Assembly (NCBI GenBank): GCA_050273025.1
Contig: CP158635.1
Span: forward strand, 6,386,001-6,450,000
Length of the DNA: 64,000 nt
Source: Cenococcum geophilum
Lineage: Eukaryota
Direction of reading: 5' to 3'
The translations under genes and the position numbers were made by a program. Positions 1 to 12,744 of the stretch are shown here, piece after piece; position 1 is the first letter of the stretch; the number at the start of each line of letters is the position of its first letter. The notes below the pieces were generated by a model. That model worked only from the letters and a program-made list of their open reading frames with translations, was not told where the DNA came from and made no database searches.

Positions 1-3000
1 CCCTATCCCTACTACACCCTCTTTCAATACCTCCAACGTTTTTTTAGACCCCTTATGGAGACCCCCTACCCCTTTGCAAACTACTACGGACCTGTTGAGA
101 CCCCTTATGGACACTTTTACCCTTCTACGAACCGCTACGGACATTAACCGCCTTTACGGACTACTATAAGACCTCTTTTACCTACTGCGTACTACACTAT
201 ACTATATAGTATAGCAGACCTAAGGAAGCAAGTCAATAAAGGCTAGGAAAAGTGGAGGCAGGGAGCTAACCTTACGTCTATACCTGATGTTAACAACTAT
301 ATTAAATTTAAAGTTCTTAAATATAAATATTTTAAGCTTATGAACGTCGACCTATAGGAGTAATACTAAGAAGACTTCGCGGATTTTATGGAAGCTATCT
401 TTAAAGTATGTAACCCTACTACCATCTATAACCTATGGACCCTCTTACATAACTAAGGTATATGGGTTAAAAGGAATAAACAAGTTACTATTACACAGTC
501 CTTATATAATATAATACACGAGAAGGACCAAACGGAATGGACTAAAGAGGAAATCCTAGACTAGTTCTAAGAAACTAAGGAACTCTTTACTTCTTCTAAA
601 CTTAATATAATCGCTAGCCTTATACCTAACCTACTTAACTAAATTCGTCCTATAAACCTAAGTAGTTTCGGAATTAATTTTATGGGCTAAAGCACACCTA
701 GTACTCAAGTTACGGACCGCAATACCCCCGCAAACCAAAATACGGACTAAATTACCCCTGTTATTTAAGTCACAGATCCGTAAGCCACATATCCGCAAAC
801 CACAAATTTATAAGTTATAGATCCGTAACCTACCTAATTAAAGACCTACGGTAAGGAGCTAGCTAACCTAGCTAAGCTCTATACCGATGAATCTAAGTAT
901 AGCGGCGAAAATAATAACTTTAACTTTAAACTAACCATCTTTACGGACCTCTGTTAGAAGGCTGATATTCCTAAACAAGAGTTTAGCCAAGCCTACTCTA
1001 CTATGCTGCGCGGCCTAGCACTTGACCACTACTATACTAACCTTAAGAGTAACCCCCTTGGTGTTTCTTTTAATAAGCTATGTGAAGCTACACGTAACTA
1101 CTTTAAAGGACCGGAATATAAGCGTAATATCCTTACCTAATGGAATGCGACTAAGCTACGGACCGTAATGGATAAGAACACTGAAAAATCGACTATAGAG
1201 TGCCTGCAAATCCTTATTAAAGACCTCCGCCACCTATAGCACGGTTTTAATATTAAGCTTTAAATGGACGACTTCCTGTATAATAAACTTATTACGGCCT
1301 GCTAGGAAGTAGAGCCCTGTAAGTACGCCTACTACAAGCCTATAGATACCTTAGCTGGCCTCATTAATAATCTACGCTCCTCTATTGTAACGTACAAAGT
1401 CTTAAACCCACTAGGCAGCACTTAAGCCTTTATTACAGATATTTAATATCCGCAAATAGACTTAAACGTCTACTTTATGGACCGCCGCTATTGCCAGCAG
1501 CACCCGTACCGACTAAGTCCTACCCATAACCCCTGCAGCAACCCCCGTACGAAAACATACCTCCGTAGACAAATTAGCCAGAAGTGCTTTATGTGCGGTA
1601 AGGAAGAATGTTAGTCTATAAGGTATACCTAGGAAGAACGTAACAAGTCTAGGAAGAGACTTAATAGCTGTATTAATTAGTTTATTTTAGAATACGAAGG
1701 AGAGGAAGTAGAAGAGCCCCCTAATAAGTTAATAGAAGCCCTTATAATTAACTTTAACTCAGATATTTAGGAACAAGAGACCTTAGAAACATTCCTAACT
1801 ACTTTCAGACCTTTTACGGACAGCTAAGCCTTTAATATTATGACCGTATTAGCCGACCGTTCCTTTATACACTTAGTTGCGCCTAAAAACCATTCCGCAA
1901 GCACCCTCGTTATAGACGTTATAGATTATAAGCAGGACCCATTTATATATATCACCACAGAACGCTATACCCCTAAGGAATTCTACGGTGTTATAATCGA
2001 TATAGGCGCCTCTAAGAAGTTTACTGTAGGCTACGGACAATACCTTATATATAGGACTACCGCAAATGATAATACGGACATTGATATTACGTAAACTGGG
2101 GCCGTAAACGTCCAATTCAGCATTGGCTTAACTGTATCAATTGGATCAGTTGCAGTTAAGACCCTAATTGGCCTAGTTAACTTCTATATAGTAAAAGCAG
2201 ACACTTCTTTCTTACTTTGCCTTACGGATATAGATAGGTTACAGGTTTACTATAACAATATTACGGACACCTTAATCGGCCCCGCAACTGCCCTAGAAAG
2301 CAAGCATGTTACCCTACTAATTACATGACGATTTGGACACCCGTTCCTTATATAGGGAGAGACTTTACGGACCTACATTTAGGAATCTTTCAACTATAAC
2401 CCGTGCTACCTTACCAGTACGGAGATCTACCGTCTGTACCGCCGTTTCGGCCACCTATTAGCTAAAAAGCTATATAGAGTCCTTGAACGCTCTGGACATA
2501 ACGACGTCGATAGGAAGGCAGTTGATTACCTGACTAAATACTGCTCCTTTTGCTAGAAATACGGACGTTCCCCAGGCCGATTCAAGTTCACCCTTTGTGA
2601 GAACCTACTCAGTGTATATAGACATTATGTACATTAACGGCAGCCTAGTATTATATATAATTGACGAGGCAACCCGCTACCAAGCCGCCCGTTGGTTGCA
2701 AAATATATCCGCAAAGTACACTTAGGATATTTTACGGACCTGCTGGATTGACACGTACGTTGGACCTTCTAAGTATATCACCTACGATGCCGGTAGGAAC
2801 TTCATCAGCAAGGAATTCCAGCAGTATGCTATGGCCATGGCTATATTAATAAAAGCTGTTCTAGTTAAGGCGCATTAGTCCGTCGGGCTTATTAAGTGAG
2901 CTTACCTAGCTCTATAGAGAGCTTATCAGATTATTACGGATGAGTGTAAGGACATTTAAAAGGAACTGGCTTTATAGATGGCCGTAAAAGCCGTTAACGA

Positions 3001-5894
3001 CACCGCTGGCCCTAACGGACTAGTACCCACCCTTTTGGTTTACGGAGCCTACCTAAGGATAAGCAACCTAGGCCCCCCTGCCCCGTCTATTATAGAACGA
3101 GCAGCTATAATACGGAAGGTAATGGCCGAAATAGTTAAATTACGGGCTAAACAAACTATCAATAACGCCCTATACTACTGTAACGGACCTAATACAACCT
3201 TAGTATATAACCTCCCGCTTAACTCTAAAGTCCTTATATGGCGTAAAAGCGGCAGTTGGAATGGACCTTACCGTCTACTAGCCGTAGAAAACGAGACGTG
3301 CTGTGTATAGCTTTCTAGCAGGCCAACTAGCTTTAGAAGCACGTCCGTAAAACCCTACTTTCGGCCCAAAAACACCTATGACGTTGAGCTAGACGAACTA
3401 AAAGCAACTGCTGAACTAGACGAACTAGAAATGACTGCCAAATTAGACAAACTGGAGGCACCCTTGCCTACCCTAAAGGTCCCCTAGAAACCCACTGAAC
3501 CTACTAAACCTGCCGTAAAGCGTGGCCAAGGACGCCCCTATAAGAATCCTATAACGGAGAACTACCTAATCTCCGCAGGCATATCTGTAAAGCAATCTCC
3601 GTCTATGGATATATTAGTTCTAGTACAGGAAACCCCTTTTACGGACTTACGGCGTAAAGAGATTAACGGACTACTTAAAAAGGGTATCTTTGCAATTATA
3701 ACGGAGAGAGACGTTCTGTAAGGCGTCCGTATATTTAACTTACGCTTTATTGACGAGATTAAGCACCCTAGTACTAATAAAGCCTTTAAGAAATTAAGGC
3801 TCGTTATATAAGCTTATAATGACTAGGGAAAGGACCTAGTCCTTACGCAATCGCCTATAATTTAACGGGTCAGTTAACGGATTATACTCGCACTTATACC
3901 TGGACTATAGCAAACTAAATCTATAGCCCTTTACTTACGGGACATCTTATAAGCCTATGTGCAGTCTAATACCTACCTAAGTAGGGATATCTTTATACGA
4001 CCACCCTATGAGCTTAACCTATAACTAGGAATAATTTTATGGGTTATAAAACCTCTTTACGGAGTACCAGAAGCTGGAAACCATTGGTTTAAGACATACT
4101 ACCAGCACTACATCAGTAAACTCAAAATGGAACAGTCGACCTATAACCCTTGCCTCCTATACAGCCCATTAAACGGCCTTGGTATTATTGGACTCTAAAT
4201 AGATAATACCCTCTTCTTAGTAGACTGGATATTTATGGACGCTAAAGAGACTAAACTGCAAGAAGCTAAGTTCCTGGCAAAGCTATGAGAGTAGTTAACT
4301 AAGCAGACTCCAATTAAGTTTAACGGAGGCTTAATTATACAAAAGGGCAACTTAATCTAGCTAACCTAGGAACGCCAAGCTTAAAACCTAAAGCTTATTA
4401 TAGTAAAGCCTATAGACCTTACTAGTTCCCGCGGAGAGACCTGTAAGACTGTAAATATAAAAGACTAATACGCTGTATAGCGTGCAAGAGGCGCCTATAT
4501 TGCCATAGTCTGCCAACCCAAATCTGCCTACGACTTGTCCTTTACGGCCTAGGTAGTAGATCTATAAAAAGAAAATATCAAGCAGCTTAATAAGCGCATT
4601 TAGTGGCAAATTAACAATGTAGTAAGGGGACTTACTTTTGAACCACTAGACCTAAGTTCCCTTAGCTTACTGGCATTTACGGACGCCTCCTTTACTAATA
4701 ACAAAGACCTATTATTACAAATCGGCTTTATAATTGTACTTACGGACCGCAATTAGGACGCAAATATACTGTACTAGTCTTTAATTAAGTGTAAATAAGT
4801 AACCCGTAGTGTACTAGCTTCTAAACTATATATACTAGCTCATAAATTTAATATAGTAGCCGCAATCAAATTAACGGTCTAGAAGATTCTATAACTAGAG
4901 CAGTTACCCCTAGTTTTATGCACCAATTTAAAGTCCCTTTACAACTGCCTAGTTAAACTAGGTACGATATAAGAGAAGAGGCTTATAGTTGACCTAATGT
5001 GCTTATATCAGGCCTACGAACGACGTGAGATTACGGAGGTTAAATGGATTAGCAGCGGAGATAACCTAGCGGACGCCATAACTAAGGCAAAGCTGTGTCA
5101 AGCCCTTAAAACCCTAATTAATATAAATAAGCTCAACCTAAAAGTTATAGAATGGGTAGAACGGGACTAACGGAGTACCTATGGTACGCCTACGGCCCAT
5201 TAGAAGGCCGTATGGCTTATTATATGGCCTATTCTACGGACCGTAAGCTGTTAGGTGGAAAAACGGTGGAAAGCTGTAATAGAACTTAGTGGACTTACGT
5301 GACCTGCTGAATTCTGCCATATTCTGCTATAGTGGTCAAATTAACTAATTACAATTTTCCATGCCGGGTATGGAAAATCGCCATTGGCTTGCTTAGTACT
5401 AGCGCCTTAGCGGCCCTTAAAATCTAACTTACTGCCCGTTGAAAGGCCGTACGGTTTATTTTACGGACCGTAAGCAGGACTTACGGCCAGCTTAAGGTAC
5501 CGTTTGAAAGGCAGCCTAGACGGTACCTTAGGGGAGATTTTCTATGTATTTTCCTTTGTGTTCTATGGTTTTATTAAAGTAATTACGGAGGCTGTACACA
5601 GGTGGTTTTATTTTTTAAGTACTGCTAGTGTATAATTACAGTACCTGTTGTACTAAACGCGTGCTTACGCGTTTACGCGTTTAGTGCACTAACCACTTAC
5701 TTACGCGTCTGGTGCACTTATAAAGCACTAACTAATTAGGGGGGAGGTGCATCAGTATATAGACCACGTAGTCTGCTTTATATAATTGATAGTCACCATC
5801 CAAACAAGCATACGATACTACATGTATTTCGTGCCCGTGGATACGACTTACTCGTGCTATTAAGTTAGTACGAATAATTACTAATTGTCTAATA
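1..5894 (+). mobile_element. Ty1/copia LTR retrotransposon, RIP-inactivated; 5' end lies outside the window
   Basis: Copia domain order on +: gag zinc knuckle KCFMCGKEEC*SIRY (~1582), protease IIDIGAS (~1993), pre-integrase LYRRFGH (~2433), integrase (~2550-3300), RT GVRIFNLRFIDEIK (~3722), RNase H LAFTDASF..NKDL (~4670), ending EWVERD* at 5170. Confidence 0.9.
5629..5894 (+). repeat. Probable 3' LTR of the copia element
   Basis: Starts with TG downstream of the pol stop, contains TATA-like motifs and ends ..TCTAATA (RIP form of ..CA). The partner LTR is outside the window, so the limits are inferred. Confidence 0.5.
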
Positions 5895-5967
5895 TATTAT
5901 CCGCTTTACTATCTTTATAAGTCACTCTATACTATTCTACATTAAGCTTTTACCCGCTTATAAATAT

Positions 5968-8900
5968 ATAGGGTCCCTAACTATAATAGCGGCGCCATAT
6001 TTAGAATCTAGTTAGTACTTAACTACTATAACTAATAAGAACTTATTATAAATAAGTGGTCTAAAGCTGCAGTAAGGACTTATAATTAACAAAAAAATAT
6101 ATAATAAAATCCTCTAATACTATGCTAGCGAAATTAATAAAGCGTCTAGTAGTAAGTTGCTAACGTCCGGACCTATATAAAATGGAGTTAAGCGCATAGT
6201 CTTTGACCTTCTTAACACTAAGTATGGGCACGTGTTTAAGAGATCCGATTTACCATTAGAGTTTAAAGCTTTCGCTATCGCCGCCAAAAAATCTATATAA
6301 CGACACGTAACGACTAATAGACGTGGAGGCGTAGAGGTTATAATAACTGATGCTGTTTAAAAGCGTGGCGCCTTATCTTCTAGAGAGTAGTCTGTTAACT
6401 TATCTAGATTAAGGGTAACCTCCGAGGCTACCTAGGTGCTTGGTAATCTATATATTAAAGCCCTATAACAGCTAAATACTATACCTATACTATTTTATAA
6501 AATAAGCTTTGTTATATATAGTTACCTAAACAAAACGCCATTTACTAGAGCCCCCATTCTATACAGATTTGCATTAAAAACTAAGTATAAGCATCTATTG
6601 TCTGATTCTCTAGAGAAAATTAATATATATTACTATAGATATAATAAGCTATAGGCCGCGATAAGTGAAAACTTCTTAGCGGATAAATATAGGGATGGCT
6701 GGACTATAGTAGATCTAACCACTAGTATACTAATTCTCAACTATATAAACCTAGCATTTATAGTGCTTTCTGTAAAGAAGGCCGGACTTAATATAATTAT
6801 AATTGGAGTTAAAGATCCTAATCGGATTACAAAGCGTAAGAGACTTTATAATTTATAAGATTATATAATATTATATAGAGTTATCTAACGTATATTTACA
6901 GGCATAAGATTTAATGAGGGTGATTCTAAGTCTAACTCTAACCCTAATATTATATGACCGGTACTAACTAGGAGAAGAATAGATATACTTACCCTAGGTT
7001 AAAGTAGTCATAAGCAGTTAACCTTAGAGTCTACGCTACCTATACCTAAGCAGTTAAATCTAAAGCCTATATTAACCCTAAAGTCTACGCCACCTATACC
7101 TACTAATGCATTATTAGCCGTATGGCCGGCTATAATTAAAACTGCTCGTAGCTAGACCCGTAGTAGTAAAGACTAGCCCCTACTAGATAAATTAGAGCTC
7201 TTAAAAGGCGTGGATCTAGATAAAGTATAAACATTTAAGATAATACCATGGGATAAAATAAAAAGATGGTGTGATAAATAGCTAAAGTCTAATCGCAAAA
7301 TGTTTATTAATACATTATTTAAGGATATAAATAATAACCCTAACCTAATTTGTATTGGGGAAATTAATCTTAACTATATATAGGAGCGCCGCCACTTTAA
7401 CGCCTTAATTAACCCTATTTCGACTAACAAGGAACCGGAAGATAAGTATAAGGATAAAATTAAGGAGGTTAATTAGGAAGTTAATCACCTAAAGGACGTA
7501 TAAGAAGCATATATTAACCCAATATTATAGGTAAAGGCGCTATAGTTCCTCTCATTTCCGTTAACTATTCGCAATACTCTTTAAGACGTAACCTTCTATT
7601 TACACAACATAAAAAAGGGTAAAGCTATATAGACATATTAGCTGCTTAGTATTACCTATACTCTTCTTAATTATACAACCCTAGGTAGGACCTTTCTCGC
7701 GGATATAATGGGTTTAGGCAAAACACTTTAAATGCTTTTAATCTAGTACACCGGCGTATTAATAACCAAGATTAACCTTAACTAGCTTAATTAGAAAAAT
7801 CAAAAAGGTAGAGATAAAAGTCTCTACTTTACCCCTAGTATAGATAAACACCTGCAGCCGCCTAACGCCTAATGCCCGAGTTAAATAGATAGCATACTAT
7901 AGTGCTGTTATATTAAGGGAAGTATCGCCAGAAAATTTCTTAACCGGCTAGTAGGACCAACTATATACATTACTAGACAGAATCTACTGCCCTAAGCGGT
8001 TAAAGACGTTAAATTATGGTTTAAGACCTTAGAACTAAATAATTTTATTCCTAGAGGCAAACTATAAGTCCGCGTACGCCATACGGCTTTTATTAAGTCC
8101 AGCATAAAGAAGTATAATTTCACGGATAAAGATAGGGACATTCTTAAACCTATAAAATATAAAGGAGAAGGCGAAGTAGTCTAGTAGAAAATGGACCCAA
8201 GATCGGCTTTATATCTTATAATTACGACCTTACAAACTTAGGCAACAATCTAGACCGCTTAGGAATAGCATAAAACCATTTTTAATCTCTATAGAGATGG
8301 TGGTCCTCATTATATTGTTAGTGGGATTTTTACCAACGAGTTCTATATAGATAGGTTAGAGACAGGTTATTTAATGAAAATCGCCAAATAAGTATATAAT
8401 GATTAAGTAGTATTTCCTTACTTTTAATACCCAGGCCAGTCTTATAAGGACGGCAATGGTAAAATAACCTACTATACCTCTCGACCTTTAGTAGTGTTTA
8501 CTTCCAGTACGCTAACTAGCGAAGGTTTTACAAGTTTAATTCCCGCCTTAGAAATTTTTAGGGCCCCTAATTAGACGGATTCCCTAAATACAAAATTAAT
8601 TAATAATTATAATGTTAAAGCATTAATTAAATATAAAAAGCTAGGAGCAGCTAATTGCTCTTCTCTTCCGAACAAGGTTATTACAGGCTTTAAAGAATGC
8701 TCCTCTTTAATTACAAAGGTCTTAATTATACATAGGATGGGGGAAGACCAATAGTTTAATAGGAGGGTAATTAATAAGCTACCACTGGTCGTCTACTAAG
8801 ACTGCTATATAATGAACGATTTAATATTCAAACCATATATTAAGAAGCTCTGGCGTGGAGCATCCCTAAAAGCTTTTAAACAGCTAAATAAAGCTTTTAG

Positions 8901-9800
8901 ACACTAGAAAGCTAAAAGAAGAAAAAAAGAAGAACCCGTCTTTAATATAGATTAATTTCTAGAGGGAGCCGGTTACTTATTAAAAAATTTTGCTATCTTT
9001 CTAGGCCTAGCTAAGGTAGGAAATAAGTGGCAGAATATATGGTGGAAGGATGAGACAAAAGTTAGAATAAAGCTAAGGTAGATAGTTAACAAGTTCTATA
9101 GCAAAAAATGGGATAAACCTTTAGATAAGAATCTACTTTAGAAGAATTAGAGCATAATTGCTAACTCCAGGAAACTAAATAGAATTATAAAATACGTTAA
9201 TAAAGTACTTAAAAGGAATCCTAATAAGAGACTACTATTTAGTAGTTACGAACTAGCGGCATATACGCTATTACGCCTTATAAGTTAGCTATTAGACTAG
9301 TAGTAAACTATTACTAATAATGTAATATAGTATTTCTATAAAAGGCTTAGCTAGTCTAAATATTTAACTGTTTACCAGATAGAGTCTAGGACATCCCTAA
9401 AAGACTAGAAGGATATCTACAAAGCGTTTTATATTTTAATAGGCGGTTTTTACTAGAATAATATGGTCTAGTTTTTTATTATTAACTAAAGAGTTAGAGG
9501 AGAGGGTCTAAATTTGGTCTCTACGCATAGAGTTTATCTACTTAAACTGGCGACAATAGTAGATATAGAGGTGTAAGTGTTCGGCTAAGCTGCTAGATCT
9601 AGATAGCTAGCGCTAGTAGTTATTACGTTAACAACGTATAGTACGGATAAGTGGAACCCAATTAATATAGTTATATTAGCGAGGCGTATAATAACTAAAA
9701 GGATAATAATTAATAAGTTCTATAAAGTATTTAAAGCCTAACCTACTTAGTAGGCTAATAATAATATAATAGAAATAGCGTAGCTAGTGCAGTTAGAGTA
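5968..9800 (+). pseudogene. SNF2-family (SF2) ATPase/helicase, ~1,250 codons, RIP-inactivated
   Basis: All motifs lie in one frame: Q motif TY*LLSI (~7633); motif I GRTFLADIMGLGKTL (7684-7728); motif II GIFTNEFY = DEFH (~8323-8346); motif III SSTL = SGTP (~8503); SRKL = SGKL (~9166); 51-nt intron 9280-9330; motif V RGEGLNL (9496-9516); motif VI *VFG*AARSR* = QVFGRAARSGQ (9574-9606). Confidence 0.88.
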
Positions 9801-10669
9801 GCGACCCCCTGTAATAAGAGTATGTCTTAGCATAATGTATATATATATAGACAATATGCAACTATTTAATATTTTGTAATATATTATCTTAGTATTAACT
9901 ACCTTATAACTAACTAAACCTTAAAAAGTTTAAATTTTATCCAGATTAATATTACTCCAGCCATTAACTACCTTAACACCTATTAAGTAATCTAGCCTAT
10001 AACCCTACTAACTCTTATTCCTAATATACATTAACAATTCCTATTAAGGTATATCCTTTCTACTAATAGACTATATATATATGCTATCTTTATTATTCTA
10101 AAAGCCTAATCAGTATATAAGAGGATCATCCCATAACTAAAGCTCCCTTTATATCTCGAATTATTATAAGAAGTAAAACAGCATTAGAACAGATAAACTA
10201 ACATTTATAACTACCGCTTTTGTCTGCCGATTATACAGTTATAGCGCATATACGTAGTTGTCTGCTATGAGGGGGAACCGTTAGTAGTGGTTTTTGAGAT
10301 CTCACTATCCCATATAAAACTTTCACTACTGCCTATAACGTCTTAATAACCACTAGCTCCTACCTATACGCTATATAACGTCTATATAAAATCCCTAATA
10401 GTAAAGAAAAGCGTACCCTAATTATTCTATTTAATCTACCTCCTGCCTTTTTTTATTAGTGTAAGATATTGAATTAACCTATAATATAATACTGACTGGA
10501 ATAATTGGCAAACCTAGCTCCGCTAGACAAATATGCTTAATTATAAGGACTAAAACCCCATTACTATTAAGCTTATTATGCTATAAAATAAAAGGGCTAT
10601 TATTAATATTGGTATGTTTTAAAGGTACTTTATTAGCCAGCACTAACAGATATAAGTTAATGGACTATT

Positions 10670-11203
10670 TACCACTTTATGTTTAATGGTTCTAAGAATA
10701 ACAGGGCAAAATATACTATTATTCGTTATGCTCTTACCAACTATAATATTTAATTTATTATAGGCTAGAAATTTAACCTTAAAGATAAGCAAAAGGCAGA
10801 CTTTTAGGATATATTAGATATGTTACGGACGAAACCTTTATATAACCTACCCGCATTAGAACACCTTAATAGCAGTACTATACTATTAGATTTCGCTATT
10901 AGGCATTAGTAACCGAGCAACCTTAAATCTTCCCCTCGTTGCCCAGCCCTAAGCCTTATTACGTTGCTAAGACTCATTACATCATTGAGTTTTATTGCAT
11001 TGCCGCTAAGCCTTATTACGTTACTAAGCCTTATTACATTATTAAGTCTCATTACATCGCCAAGCCTTATTACGTCGCCGAGCCTTATTACATCGTTAAG
11101 TCTCATTATATTGCCGAGTCTTATTACATCGCCGTTAAGCCTTATTACGTTATCGAGCCCTATTGCATCGCCGCCGAGCCTCCTAGCCAGATTAAGCAAT
11201 TAG
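10670..11203 (+). pseudogene. RIP-decayed unknown gene fragment ending in a Ser/Pro-rich repeat tail
   Basis: De-RIPed frame reads ..IIRYALADYDIQFIMGWKFDLEDEQKADFWDILDMLRTKP.. and runs into SPSPIT-like repeats. I recognise no family. Confidence 0.35.
10947..11180. repeat. 18/21-bp tandem array, about 12 units (consensus ~GCCGAGCCTTATTACATC)
   Basis: Units are directly visible. Unit lengths are multiples of 3, which explains the overlapping ORFs listed at 10906-11307. Confidence 0.9.
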
Positions 11204-12260
11204 ACGTCGCGTATTTAACTCCTAGGCATAGCGGGTTCAATTCCCACTCGTCGCGCATTAAAAATATTAAAAATATTAAAAAAGAAGGTTGTTTTCTATT
11301 AAATTAGGCGTTAGTAAGGCTCTAAATTAAGCTCATATTTTCGTATATGTCCCGCAACGCCTAAAGTCATATATTTGACGAAATCTCAGCACTATATACT
11401 AAGCATATCGGCTCTTCTATGTTAAGTTTTAATTATATTGGGCTAGCTCTAAATTATAGCAAGAGGCAGAATGTACTATACTACTATGTTATAAAGACTT
11501 TGGAATATAATCTTATAAATTTAACTAAATTATAACCCCTTCCTAAACCTCACGATTAAACTAGATCCTTAGGGAGAGATCCCTATATTAAATCTTAGGG
11601 AACGTTCGGTTGCGACTTTAGATTAAATCTAAAGGCCGTAGAATATATCTAAGCTAAAGCTTAAATCTGATTCTAACGCGATTATTTAGTCAATCTGGCG
11701 ACTTTCTGATCCGAAAGCTCCTCTAAATCGGCAAGTGCGTTAAATTCGCAAGCTATACCGTATATAGAATCTAAATTTATAAATATAGGGTATCTCTATT
11801 ACTGTAGTGGCTACTACAGTAACGGGGGCGCCATATTTCAGTGAGTAGTTAATCTGCTATATCTCTGCCACTGTAGTAGCAAGGCACCTTAAGTTCAATA
11901 CCACGCCAAGCATTATAACTTTCTTGCAGTAACTGAGCAACCCTAAACTAAAGCGATTGTAGAACTTACTATGCTACTACGCCGTAAAGGCCCTTAGTTA
12001 TAGTCTTATGAATTTAATTAAAATATAAACACCTTCCTAAATCTAACGATTAAATATTTCTATATGCAACACTATGCCAAGGATTATAATATAGATTGCT
12101 TAGATATGGCTTTACTATAATATAACGGCTCTACGCTAATCGATTGATCTATAAGAGATTTAGGTAGTAAAATTACTGCTAAGAGTTACTGCCTAGATCC
12201 TGGCCGATAAATACCTATAACTATAATCTTAGTAAATGGCAAAAAGTATATAGCAGTACC

Positions 12261-12588
12261 GAGATAATAGCAGGATAATATAAGATAATAATAGGATAAT
12301 ATAATATAATGGTAGGATAATAACAGGATAATATAATATAATAGTAGGATAATGATAGGACAATATAATATAATAGCAGGACAATAGTAGGATAATGTTA
12401 GGACAATATAATATAATGGTAGGGCGATAATAGGATAATATAATATAATGGTAGGATAATGTAATATAATAGTAGGATAATGTGATATAATAGTAGGATA
12501 ATATAATATAATGGTAGGACAATATGGGACAATATAGGACAATATGATATAATGGTAGGATAATAGCAGGATAATATAAGATAATATA
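12261..12588. repeat. Degenerate 10/11-bp (21-bp higher-order) tandem array; pre-RIP unit ~ATGGGACAAT/GGTGGGACAAT
   Basis: Repeated GGATAATATAATATAATGGTA. The least-mutated units (AATATGGGACAATATAGGAC) are at ~12,520-12,545. Confidence 0.85.
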
Positions 12589-12744
12589 AAAAAATAAAAT
12601 ATAAGATATAAAAAGAGGGAGCCCTAACACTTCCTCTTCTTTCTACTTTTACGGCCCTGGCGCCTAATATAGTGTAATATTGTCTATCCATATAAGCGAT
12701 AGTATTAAGACGGTTAGAAGTATTAGGAAATTTTATAAAGTATA

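Noticed and set aside
1840..3310. Short ORFs of 62-110 aa as separate genes
   Set aside because: They are stop-free remnants or shadows of the copia protease/integrase frame.
10906..11307. ORFs 10906..11199 (-) and 10939..11307 (+), and a CRISPR-like look of the array
   Set aside because: These are alternative frames of an 18-bp tandem repeat. There are no unique spacers or cas genes, and the DNA is eukaryotic.
12186..12691. Three overlapping Y/I/L-rich minus-strand ORFs (97-133 aa)
   Set aside because: They are translations of a RIP-degraded tandem array, with low complexity in all frames.
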